In this document: piece after piece, positions 56,272 through 64,000 of the stretch
Numbering within the stretch: position 1 is the stretch's first letter
How the letters are laid out: each line of letters begins with the position of its first letter
Source: an uncultured Gammaproteobacteria bacterium
GTDB taxonomy: Bacteria; Pseudomonadota; Gammaproteobacteria; Steroidobacterales; Steroidobacteraceae
Direction of reading: 5' to 3'
DNA length: 64,000 nt
Assembly (NCBI GenBank): GCA_963755935.1
Contig: CAVWME010000015.1
Span: forward strand, 23,141 to 87,140
The notes under the pieces: model-generated
What the model saw: only the letters and a program-made list of their open reading frames with translations
Database searches by the model: none
Told to the model about the DNA's origin: nothing
Program-made: the position numbers and the translations under genes

Positions 56272-57420
56272 ATGGCGAACTCAGGCGATGCGGCCAAGGC
56301 CGTGGCGTGGCGCGATCCGAACGCCCGTGCCTATGTCGAGATCGAGCGCGTCAGCAAGTCGTTCGGCGACTTCAAGGCGGTCGACGATGTGAGCTTGAAG
56401 ATCTACAAGGGCGAGATCTTCTGTCTGCTGGGAGCGTCCGGGTGCGGTAAAACGACGCTGCTGCGGATGCTCGGAGGCTTCGAGACACCCACTTCCGGAC
56501 GCATCTTGATCGACGGCGAGGACATGACCGGCGTGCCGCCCTACGAGCGCCCGGTGAACATGATGTTCCAGTCTTACGCGCTGTTTCCGCACATGAATGT
56601 CGAGCAAAACGTCGCCTTCGGACTGAAACAGGACCGCGTTCCGCGCAACGAGATCGCCGAGCGGGTCGCGACCATGCTCGAGCTCGTCAAGCTCGGCGGC
56701 TTCGCGAAGCGCAAGCCGCATCAGCTCTCCGGCGGCCAGCGCCAGCGCGTGGCGCTCGCCCGCTCGCTCGTCAAGCGGCCGAAAGTGCTGCTGCTCGACG
56801 AGCCGCTGGGCGCGCTCGACAAAAAATTGCGCGAGCACACTCAGTTCGAGCTGATCGGACTGCAGGACAAGCTCGGCGTCACCTTTCTGGTGGTCACGCA
56901 CGATCAGGAGGAGGCCATGACTCTGGCGACCCGCATCGGGGTCATGGATCACGGCGAGATCGTTCAGGCGGGGACTCCCTCCGAGATCTATGAGTTCCCC
57001 TCCTCGAAGTTCGTGGCGGATTTCGTCGGCTCGGTGAACATCTTCGAGGGGAAGCTCCTCGAGGACGAGCCCGAGTACGTTCGTATCGGCTCCGAGGAGC
57101 TCGGCGCCACGATTTACGTGAGCCACGGCATCAGCGCCGCGCCGGAGGCGGTGGTCTGGGCCGCCATCCGTCCGGAGAAAATCTTCATGTCGACCGCCCC
57201 TCCGGCGAGCACGGGGCACGGCAATGACAATGTGGTGCGCGGCGCGGTGCAGGACATCGCCTATCTCGGCGATTTGTCGATCTACCTCGTCAAGCTTCCC
57301 ACCGGCAAGGTGGTGCGCGTCACGCAACCGAACACCTCGCGCCATGCGGAGGCGATCACCTGGGAGCAGCAGGTCTATCTCTCGTGGGATTCGTCGAGCC
57401 CGGTGGTCGTGACCCGCTGA
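56272..57420 (+). CDS. potG: putrescine ABC transporter ATPase
   Basis: 382 aa with GASGCGKTT, LSGGQRQRVALAR and LLLDEPLGALD, plus a C-terminal TOBE-like domain. Confidence 0.9.
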   Translation: MANSGDAAKAVAWRDPNARAYVEIERVSKSFGDFKAVDDVSLKIYKGEIFCLLGASGCGKTTLLRMLGGFETPTSGRILIDGEDMTGVPPYERPVNMMFQSYALFPHMNVEQNVAFGLKQDRVPRNEIAERVATMLELVKLGGFAKRKPHQLSGGQRQRVALARSLVKRPKVLLLDEPLGALDKKLREHTQFELIGLQDKLGVTFLVVTHDQEEAMTLATRIGVMDHGEIVQAGTPSEIYEFPSSKFVADFVGSVNIFEGKLLEDEPEYVRIGSEELGATIYVSHGISAAPEAVVWAAIRPEKIFMSTAPPASTGHGNDNVVRGAVQDIAYLGDLSIYLVKLPTGKVVRVTQPNTSRHAEAITWEQQVYLSWDSSSPVVVTR

Positions 57421-57424
57421 CCCC

Positions 57425-58339
57425 ATGCGAATTCTGCCGCCGTTGAGCAAAGTCGGAGTCTCGGGGCGCGGGCTGGTGGTGACGTTGCCGTACCTCTGGC
57501 TTTTGCTTTTCTTCGTGGTGCCGTTCGTCATCGTTCTCAAGATCTCGTTCTCCGACGTCGATCTCGCGATTCCGCCGTACAAGCCGTTGCTCGAGTGGGT
57601 GGGCAAGAACTCGCTCGCCGTCAAGCTCGATTTCAACAACTATGCGTTCTTGTTCACCGACCCGCTGTACGTGCACGCGTTCTTGAACTCGGTGAAGGTC
57701 GCGTTCGTGTCGACGGTGCTGTGTTTGCTTATCGGGTACCCGATCGCCTACGGCATCGCACGTTCGACCCCGACCACGCGCAATCTGCTGCTGCTCCTCG
57801 TGGTGCTGCCCTTCTGGACGTCGCTCCTGCTGCGCGTGTATGCCTGGATCGGATTGCTCAAGGCAAACGGAGTCATCAACAACGTGCTGCTCGCGCTTGG
57901 GCTTATCCACGAGCCGCTCAACATGCTGTACACACCGTTTGCCATGTACGTGGGCATCGTGTACTCGTACTTGCCGTTCTTGATCCTGCCGCTGTATGCG
58001 AACCTCGAGAAGATGGATTGGCAGCTGCTCGAGGCCGCCGAGGACCTCGGCTGCAGACCCTGGCAGGCGTTTTACAAGATCACCTTGCCGCTGTCGCGCA
58101 ACGGCATCCTCGCAGGCTCGATGCTGGTTTTCATTCCGGCGGTCGGCGAGTTCGTCATCCCCGCGCTCCTGGGCGGTCCCAATGCCCTCATGATCGGGCG
58201 GGTGCTGTGGGATGAGTTCTTCTCGAATCGCGCGTGGCCCGTGGCGAGCGCGGTGGCGATCCTGCTGCTGTTGCTGCTGGTGCCCTTCATGATGTGGTAT
58301 CAGAGCGTGCAGGCGCGCGAATCGGCGTCCGCGCGATGA
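57425..58339 (+). CDS. potH: putrescine ABC transporter permease
   Basis: 304 aa with an EAA loop, LEAAEDLGCRPWQAFYKITLPLS. Confidence 0.85.
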   Translation: MRILPPLSKVGVSGRGLVVTLPYLWLLLFFVVPFVIVLKISFSDVDLAIPPYKPLLEWVGKNSLAVKLDFNNYAFLFTDPLYVHAFLNSVKVAFVSTVLCLLIGYPIAYGIARSTPTTRNLLLLLVVLPFWTSLLLRVYAWIGLLKANGVINNVLLALGLIHEPLNMLYTPFAMYVGIVYSYLPFLILPLYANLEKMDWQLLEAAEDLGCRPWQAFYKITLPLSRNGILAGSMLVFIPAVGEFVIPALLGGPNALMIGRVLWDEFFSNRAWPVASAVAILLLLLLVPFMMWYQSVQARESASAR

Positions 58340-59178
58340 ACCACCGCCGCTCGTTTTTCATCACCACTTGCTTAGCCTTCGGCTTCGCATTCCTATACAT
58401 ACCGATCCTTTCCATGGTGGTGTTCTCCTTCAACGCGTCCAAGCTCGTGACCGTATGGGACGCGGCGAACTCGCCCACGCTCAAATGGTATTACTCGCTG
58501 CTGCACAACGAGGAGATTCTCGACGCCGCCTGGATATCGCTGAAAGTGGCCGTCATCAACGCCTCGGGCGCCGTGATCTTAGGCACGCTTGCCGGATTCG
58601 GTTTGGCGCGATTCGAGCAGTTCCGCGGCAGATTCACCCTGAACGCCATGACCACCGCTCCTCTGGTCATGCCGGAGGTGATCACGGGGCTTTCCATGCT
58701 GCTCTTGTTCGTCGCGATGGAACAGTTGATCGGCTGGCCCGCGGGTCGCGGCATCACCACGATGACCATCGGGCACATGACCTTCTCCATGGCCTACGTG
58801 ACGGTCGTCGTGCAGTCGCGCATGGCGACCTTCGACATCGCTCTGGAGGAGGCGGCCATGGACTTGGGCGCGCGTCCTGTGAAAGTGTTTTTTCTCATCA
58901 CGCTGCCGATCATCTTCCCGGCGATCCTGTCGGGCTGGCTGCTGGCCTTCACGCTTTCGTGGGACGATTTGGTCATTTCGAGCTTCACCTCGGGTCCGGG
59001 TGCGAGCACGTTGCCGATGGTGGTGTTCTCGAAGGTGCGCCTGGGAGTGAGCCCCGAAATCAACGTGCTGGCGACGCTCACCATTGTTGTCGTCACGGTG
59101 ATGATCATAGCTGTGGCCTTGTGGATGGCGCGCGCCGCCAAGGTGGCCGCAGCGGCGGCCACCGCTGCGGCCGAATAA
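58336..59178 (+). CDS. potI: putrescine ABC transporter permease
   Basis: Starts at MNHRRSFFITTC (ATGA overlap with the potH stop). It has an EAA loop, LEEAAMDLGARPVKVFFLITLP. Confidence 0.85.
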   Translation: MNHRRSFFITTCLAFGFAFLYIPILSMVVFSFNASKLVTVWDAANSPTLKWYYSLLHNEEILDAAWISLKVAVINASGAVILGTLAGFGLARFEQFRGRFTLNAMTTAPLVMPEVITGLSMLLLFVAMEQLIGWPAGRGITTMTIGHMTFSMAYVTVVVQSRMATFDIALEEAAMDLGARPVKVFFLITLPIIFPAILSGWLLAFTLSWDDLVISSFTSGPGASTLPMVVFSKVRLGVSPEINVLATLTIVVVTVMIIAVALWMARAAKVAAAAATAAAE

Positions 59179-59234
59179 ACTTTCTCCCGATGCGCTAGTC
59201 TTACGGATTCAATCGGCTCGATCGGGAGAGGTGG

Positions 59235-62180
59235 ATGGCTTTACGTTTCTTAGCATTGGCGGCGCTCGTGGTCTTATCGACCGCCGGCGTGTCTTCCGCC
59301 GTGGCTCCCGCGCAGCGCAATACTCTCCATGCCGCCTCACCTCCCGGCGCTGCCCGGCTCTATGCCGTGGGTACCCGCAGCGTACAGCAGCGCTCGAGCG
59401 TGCAGGCTCTCAAGATGGACTCCGTGCTCGCGGACTTGTCGCGCCACTTGGGCCGGGTGCGGCCTGCTTCCCAACTGGCGGATTTGCATGCGTTGAGTCC
59501 CGCGGCGAAATTCATGCAGCGGGCGCCCAAAGCGACGCCGTTGGTGGCGATCGATGCGATCACGCGCGGCGATCCGCAGAGCCTCCGAGCAGCGCTCGAG
59601 GGTCTCGGACTGGAGCATGCTGCGGTGTATGCCAATGACGTCGGCGGCTGGCTCCCGGTCACCGCCATCGCGGCAGCCGCGGCCCAGAGTGAGCTCGTCT
59701 CCATCCGCGCGGCCATGCCGCATACGCGCGGCGTGGTGGCCTTGCAGGGCGACTATGTGCAGCAAAGCGCGCTGGTGCGCGCGGATTACGCGGGGATCAC
59801 CGGAAGCGGGGTCACCGTCGGCGTTCTTTCCGACAGCTTCAACTGCTTCGCCGTCTATGCTGCGCCTGGAAGCGGCGTGCCGGCGAGCGGCAACCAAGGC
59901 TACGCGCCCAACGGGTTCACAGCCGATTATGCGACCGATCAGTCCACGGGTGCGTTGCCCGCGGGTGTGAATGTGGTGCAGGAGGCGGATTGCCTCGATT
60001 ACGGTGCGCCGACCCAAACACCGTTCACCGACGAGGGCCGGGCCATGCTGCAGATCGTGTATGCAGTCGCTCCGGCCGCGGGACTTTCTTTTTACTCGCC
60101 GAGCACCGAGGCCGACATGGCCACCGGCATTCAGTCACTCGCGACCGCGGGGGCTAAGGTCATCGCCGACGATCTCGGGTTTTTTGACGAGCCCTTCTTT
60201 CAGGATGGATTGATCGCCGACGCGGTCGACACGGTCGAAACGAGCGGTGTCGCCTATTTTTCCGCGGCCGGCAACGATTCAAACCTCACGTACCAAAACA
60301 CGGCCCCGAGCTTCACGACCGCGGGCACCGGCTCCATGGCGTCCGAGACCTTGCTCAACTTCGACACCAGCGGGGCAACCAACACCACCACACTGCCGGT
60401 CACCGTCCCGCCCATTCCGCCGGGTGACTTCCTGGCCATCGTAGTCGAGTGGGATCAACCGTATGTGACGGGTGCGACCGGTGCGAGCCCCGGCGCCACC
60501 AGCAGCATCAATCTGTGCGTGACGGGCGCGACCGGCAGCGCCATCATCACCGACGTCGATGGCGATGTCGTGAGCTGCACCGGCGCGAATGCGGTCGGTG
60601 TCGATCCTGTGCAGTACTTGGTCATCGCCAATCCCGCCAATGCGGCCGGCAACACCGCGCAGCAGTCGCTCAACATCATGATCGGTCTCGCCGCCAATTC
60701 AACGGGCACCATTACGCCGGGCCGCATACTCGTCTCCGTGGAGGACGACGGACTCGGCAGCACGATCGACTCTTTTTTCAGCGGCGGCCCGACCGTCCAA
60801 GGACACCCCGGCGCAGCAGGCGCCGCGGCCGTGGGCGCGGCGTTCTACTTCGACACGCCGGCCTGCGGCACGAGCCCGGCGCAGCTCGAGGGCTACTCCT
60901 CGGTGGGCGGTGCGCCGATTCTCTTCAACACCGCGGGCACTCGCCTGGCGACGCCGGTCGTGCGTCAGAAGCCCGATTTCGTCGGACCCGACGGCGCCAA
61001 CTCGACATTCCTGGGATTCACGCTTGCCTCGGCGGGCATGACGGTCACCACGTCGAATCCCTCCTGCCAGAACGACGCCTCATATCCGAATTTCTTCGGA
61101 ACCTCCGCCGCCACCCCGCACGCGGCCGGCATCGCGGCCCTCGCGCTCCAGGCGAACACCGCCGCGACTCCGACGCAGATCTACGGATCGCTGCGCTCGA
61201 GCGCGCTGCCGATGAGCTCCACCACGCCGAACTTCAACTCGGGGTATGGGTTCATCCAGGCGAATGCCGCCTTCGTAGTGCCCACGCTCACGCTCGCCGC
61301 AACGTCCATTCCGTTCGGCAGTTCGACCACGCTCTCCTGGTCGACCCTCGATCCGACCTCGACCTCGTGCACGGCTTCGGCGAATCCCACGACGAACTTC
61401 ACGCCGCCGACGCCGGCGGCGAGCGGCAGTCTTACCGTCACACCGGCGGCCGCGGGAGCGACGGTCTACACGTTTACTTGCACGGGGGCAGGCGGCACAT
61501 CCGCGGCGAATTCCGTCTCTCTCTTCGCCACCTCAGGCACGGCCCCGGTCGCGCCGACGCTCACGCTCGCATCGCCCTCGGTCGAGGTGGGCAAATCGAC
61601 CACCATCAGCTGGAACTCGGCCACCGCCACAAGCTGCACGGCCTCGGGAAGTTGGAGTGGGACGCTTGCCGCAACGGGCAGCCAGACGATCACGCCGGCG
61701 GTTGTGGGGACGCAGACGTTCACGCTCGTTTGTTCCAATCTTGGCGGTCCGTCCCCGGCGGCATCCGTGTCCCTCAATGCAACTGCGGCGGTCGTGAAAC
61801 CTCCGGCACCCACCATGACCCTGGGGGCGGCCACCATTCCCGCGCAGACGACCACTACGCTCTCGTGGAGCTCGGTCGGCGCGACCAGCTGCATCGCGTC
61901 GGGGAACGCGAACGCCAATCAAAGCGGCTGGACCGGGGTCCAAGCGGCGAGCGCCACCTTTACCATCACGCCGATAGATCAAGGCACGTACGTCTACAGC
62001 CTGACCTGCTCGAATGCCGCGGGTACCTCGCCGACATCGAGCGTGACGCTCACCGTGACCACCGAGGTCGACACCGGCGGCGGCGGCGGCAAGCTTGATC
62101 CGGCCTCGCTGTTCGTCCTCGCGGGGTGCGTCGTGTTTCTCCGCCGGCGGTGGCTGCGGGGGCCAAGCGCCCCCGGCTAG
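59235..62180 (+). CDS. secreted S8 (subtilase) family protein with three tandem Ig-like domains and a Gly-rich/TM/Arg C-terminal sorting-signal-like tail
   Basis: 981 aa, intact, with a signal peptide. Subtilase motifs: VGVLSDSF (Asp), FSAAGND (oxyanion Asn) and GTSAATPHAAGIAALAL (Ser). DEGRAMLQIV occupies the place where the HGT motif is expected. The tail is GGGGGKLDPASLFVLAGCVVFLRRRW. Confidence 0.8.
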   Translation: MALRFLALAALVVLSTAGVSSAVAPAQRNTLHAASPPGAARLYAVGTRSVQQRSSVQALKMDSVLADLSRHLGRVRPASQLADLHALSPAAKFMQRAPKATPLVAIDAITRGDPQSLRAALEGLGLEHAAVYANDVGGWLPVTAIAAAAAQSELVSIRAAMPHTRGVVALQGDYVQQSALVRADYAGITGSGVTVGVLSDSFNCFAVYAAPGSGVPASGNQGYAPNGFTADYATDQSTGALPAGVNVVQEADCLDYGAPTQTPFTDEGRAMLQIVYAVAPAAGLSFYSPSTEADMATGIQSLATAGAKVIADDLGFFDEPFFQDGLIADAVDTVETSGVAYFSAAGNDSNLTYQNTAPSFTTAGTGSMASETLLNFDTSGATNTTTLPVTVPPIPPGDFLAIVVEWDQPYVTGATGASPGATSSINLCVTGATGSAIITDVDGDVVSCTGANAVGVDPVQYLVIANPANAAGNTAQQSLNIMIGLAANSTGTITPGRILVSVEDDGLGSTIDSFFSGGPTVQGHPGAAGAAAVGAAFYFDTPACGTSPAQLEGYSSVGGAPILFNTAGTRLATPVVRQKPDFVGPDGANSTFLGFTLASAGMTVTTSNPSCQNDASYPNFFGTSAATPHAAGIAALALQANTAATPTQIYGSLRSSALPMSSTTPNFNSGYGFIQANAAFVVPTLTLAATSIPFGSSTTLSWSTLDPTSTSCTASANPTTNFTPPTPAASGSLTVTPAAAGATVYTFTCTGAGGTSAANSVSLFATSGTAPVAPTLTLASPSVEVGKSTTISWNSATATSCTASGSWSGTLAATGSQTITPAVVGTQTFTLVCSNLGGPSPAASVSLNATAAVVKPPAPTMTLGAATIPAQTTTTLSWSSVGATSCIASGNANANQSGWTGVQAASATFTITPIDQGTYVYSLTCSNAAGTSPTSSVTLTVTTEVDTGGGGGKLDPASLFVLAGCVVFLRRRWLRGPSAPG
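61281..62069 (+). repeat. three tandem ~85-91-aa domain repeats inside the subtilase gene
   Basis: The repeat units start at 61281, 61554 and 61809. Each reads PT(L/M)TL...(S/T)TT(L/I)SW(S/N)...(T/A)TSC(T/I)AS...(F/Y)(T/S)(F/L)(T/V)C(T/S)... Confidence 0.75.
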
Positions 62181-64000
62181 ACGAGCACGCGCTCGATACC
62201 TCCCGAGTTCGCGCGGCGTACGTACTCGGCCATCCAATCGCTGCCGAGCAGATGCCGGGCGATTTCAACCACGATGTAATCGGCCTCGAGGTCGGCGTCG
62301 TCCCGATAGCGGGCCAAGCCTTGCAGGCAGGAAGGGCACGACGTGAGCACCTTGATGGCGCCGTGATGGCCGCTCTCGCGGATCTGCTCGACGCCTAAGC
62401 GCACCTCCTGCTCCTTGCGAAAGCGCACCTGCGTCGACACGTCGGGACGGGTGAGCGCCAAGGTCCCCGATTCGCCGCAGCAGCGCTCGTTGGCTTCAAT
62501 GGTCCCGTTCTTTGCGCTGTTCATGAGTGCGTTGACGACTTTGAGCGGGTCGTGTCGCTTCATGGGGGAGTGACAAGGGTCGTGGTACATGTAGCGAGTG
62601 CCGGTCACTCCCTTGAGCTCGACGCCCTTCTCGAGCAGATACTCGTGGATGTCCATGATCCTGCATCCCGGGAAGATTTGGTCGAATTCGTAGCCCTGCA
62701 GCTGGTCGAAGCAGGTGCCGCAGCTGACCACCACGGTTTTGATATCCAGGTAATTGAGCGTGTTTGCGACGCGATGGAACAGCACGCGGTTGTCCGTGAT
62801 GATCTTCTCGGCCTTCGCGAATTCACCCGCGCCCCGCTGTGGGTAGCCGCAGCATAGGTACCCCGGCGGCAGCACTGTCTGCGTGCCCACGTGCCACAGC
62901 ATCGCCTGGGTGGCGAGCCCGACTTGCGAGAATAGACGCTCCGAGCCGCAGCCCGGAAAATAAAACACGGCCTCCGAGTCGCTCGTGGTCGCCTGCGGAT
63001 CGCGAATGATGGGCACATAGTTGCGGTCCTCGATGTCGAGGAGCGCGCGCGCGGTGCGCTTGGGCAGTCCGCCGGGCATCCGCTTGTTCACGAAATGGAT
63101 GACCTGCTCGCGCACCAGCGGCTTGCCGGTCGTCGAGGGTGGGCGCTGCGTCTGCGCGCGGGCGAGTGGCTTGAGCGCTCGGTTGGCGAGTTGCTGCGCC
63201 TTGTAGCCCCAGTCGATCATGACCTTGCGCGCCAGCTTGATGGTCTGCGGATTCGTGGCGTTCAAGAAAAACAGGGCCGCCGTCGCACCGAGATTCAGGC
63301 GCTTCTTCCCCATACGCCGCAGCACGTCGCGCAACAGCATGGAGACGTTGCCGAAATCGATGTCGACGGGGCAGGGCGATGCGCACTTATGGCAAACCGT
63401 GCAGTGGTCGGCGACATCGGCAAGCTCGTCCCAATGCTGGATCGCCACCCCGCGGCGCGTCTGTTCCTCGTAGAGGAATGCCTCGATGAGGAGCGAAGTG
63501 GACAGGATCTTGTCGCGCGGTGAATACAGCAGATTGGCGCGCGGCACGTGCGTCGCACAAACGGGCTTGCACTTTCCGCAGCGCAAGCAATCCTTCACCG
63601 CATCCGAGATGCTGCTGATGTCGGATTGCTGCATGATCAGGGACTCGTGGCCCAACAGCCCGAAGCTCGGTGTGTAGGCGCGCCGCAGATCGCTCCCAGG
63701 CGCGAGCTTCAACGGATTGAAACGGTCGTGCGGATCGACGCGGCGCTTGTACTCGGTCCACTGCGCGAGCTCGTCTGCGGTGAGATGCTCGAGCTTGGTG
63801 ATGCCGATGCCGTGCTCGCCAGAGATCACGCCGTTCAATTGCCGTGCGATACGCATGATCCTCGCCACCGTGCGGGTGGCGGCATTGAGCATCGCATAGT
63901 TGTCCGAATTCACCGGAATGTTGGTGTGGACGTTGCCGTCGCCGGCGTGCATGTGCAGCGCCACGAAAATGCGTCCTTGCAGAACGCGCTGATGCAGGGC
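62177..64000 (-). CDS. FAD-linked oxidase fused to an Fe-S/CCG-domain oxidoreductase (YdiJ/GlcD-GlcF-like); 5' end beyond the right edge
   Basis: The frame is open to base 64000, and the listed Met at 63964 is an internal GTG. It has HMHAGDGNVH (FAD-oxidase C-terminal motif), two 4Fe-4S motifs (CLRCGKCKPVC and CTVCHKCASPCP) and two CCG motifs (YLCCGYP and ERCCGESG). Confidence 0.85.
   Translation of the reverse strand, partial: ALHQRVLQGRIFVALHMHAGDGNVHTNIPVNSDNYAMLNAATRTVARIMRIARQLNGVISGEHGIGITKLEHLTADELAQWTEYKRRVDPHDRFNPLKLAPGSDLRRAYTPSFGLLGHESLIMQQSDISSISDAVKDCLRCGKCKPVCATHVPRANLLYSPRDKILSTSLLIEAFLYEEQTRRGVAIQHWDELADVADHCTVCHKCASPCPVDIDFGNVSMLLRDVLRRMGKKRLNLGATAALFFLNATNPQTIKLARKVMIDWGYKAQQLANRALKPLARAQTQRPPSTTGKPLVREQVIHFVNKRMPGGLPKRTARALLDIEDRNYVPIIRDPQATTSDSEAVFYFPGCGSERLFSQVGLATQAMLWHVGTQTVLPPGYLCCGYPQRGAGEFAKAEKIITDNRVLFHRVANTLNYLDIKTVVVSCGTCFDQLQGYEFDQIFPGCRIMDIHEYLLEKGVELKGVTGTRYMYHDPCHSPMKRHDPLKVVNALMNSAKNGTIEANERCCGESGTLALTRPDVSTQVRFRKEQEVRLGVEQIRESGHHGAIKVLTSCPSCLQGLARYRDDADLEADYIVVEIARHLLGSDWMAEYVRRANSGGIERVLV

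Noticed and set aside
53430-57639. Long minus-strand ORFs 53430..55202 (590 aa), 55087..56265 (392 aa) and 56281..57639 (452 aa).
   Set aside because: They are antisense to puuA, potF and potG, which are colinear with known proteins. They are shadow ORFs caused by GC3 bias.
1-64000. CRISPR arrays, restriction-modification, toxin-antitoxin, retron, CBASS or other defence-type gene sets, and large repeats.
   Set aside because: I saw no regularly spaced repeats. No ORFs had nuclease/helicase/methylase, reverse-transcriptase or cyclase signatures, apart from the Cho-like exonuclease and rlmL housekeeping genes.

Overview
High-GC (roughly 65-70% by eye) proteobacterial chromosomal window with about 60 genes and no CRISPR array, transposase, integrase or recognisable defence genes. 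The window reads left to right as follows.

- **1-5.3 kb:** metallophosphoesterase (partial), 2OG-oxygenase, FAD oxidoreductase, secreted methyltransferase, a VNG-repeat lipoprotein and a GlcG-like protein.
- **5.3-14.3 kb, minus strand:** one tightly coupled string: PCu(A)C, ctaG, caa3-type oxidase subunits II/I/III, a membrane protein, cytochrome c, an XoxF-like PQQ dehydrogenase with the lanthanide-type D-Y-D signature, cytochrome c and a XoxJ-like protein.
- **15.4-22.4 kb:** a visibly lower-GC stretch. About 5 kb of it (arsR-arsC-aqpS, an orphan MASE1 histidine kinase, a DUF1254/DUF1214 protein) is bracketed by tRNA-Thr(UGU) and a 17-bp copy of the tRNA 3' part.
- **22.5-30.4 kb:** a complete type IV minor-pilin operon, fimT-fimU-pilV-pilW-pilX-pilY1-(small ORF)-pilE.
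- **30.5-36.3 kb:** hydrolase, membrane protein, a degenerate EAL protein with a long Pro/Ala linker, yhhQ, an OmpA-like protein and a cupin.
- **36.4-59.2 kb:** polyamine metabolism (omega-aminotransferase, PuuR-like regulator, aguB, puuB, puuD, puuA, potFGHI). It is interrupted by a Cho-like exonuclease, rlmL and an orphan module: a peptide-type ABC transporter, a HAL-like protein and an amidohydrolase with Q-x-N in place of H-x-H.
- **59.2-64 kb:** a 981-aa S8 subtilase with three tandem domains and a C-terminal sorting-signal-like tail, then a partial FAD/Fe-S oxidoreductase.

At least about 25 apparent single-base frameshifts cluster in 12.2-14.8 kb and 36.9-46.9 kb (plus one at 50.9 kb), while about 22 kb in between is clean. 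I think this is most likely local sequence or assembly error, but it would mean pseudogenes if real.

I found no clearly novel multi-gene system. The best candidates are the XoxF-cytochrome-oxidase super-operon, the tRNA-Thr islet, the HAL-like/QxN-amidohydrolase/ABC module, the degenerate EAL protein next to the pilus genes, and a sorting-signal-like tail shared by two secreted proteins.

All calls rest on reading the ORF translations and the sequence by eye. No database search was run. Frameshift positions are approximate.
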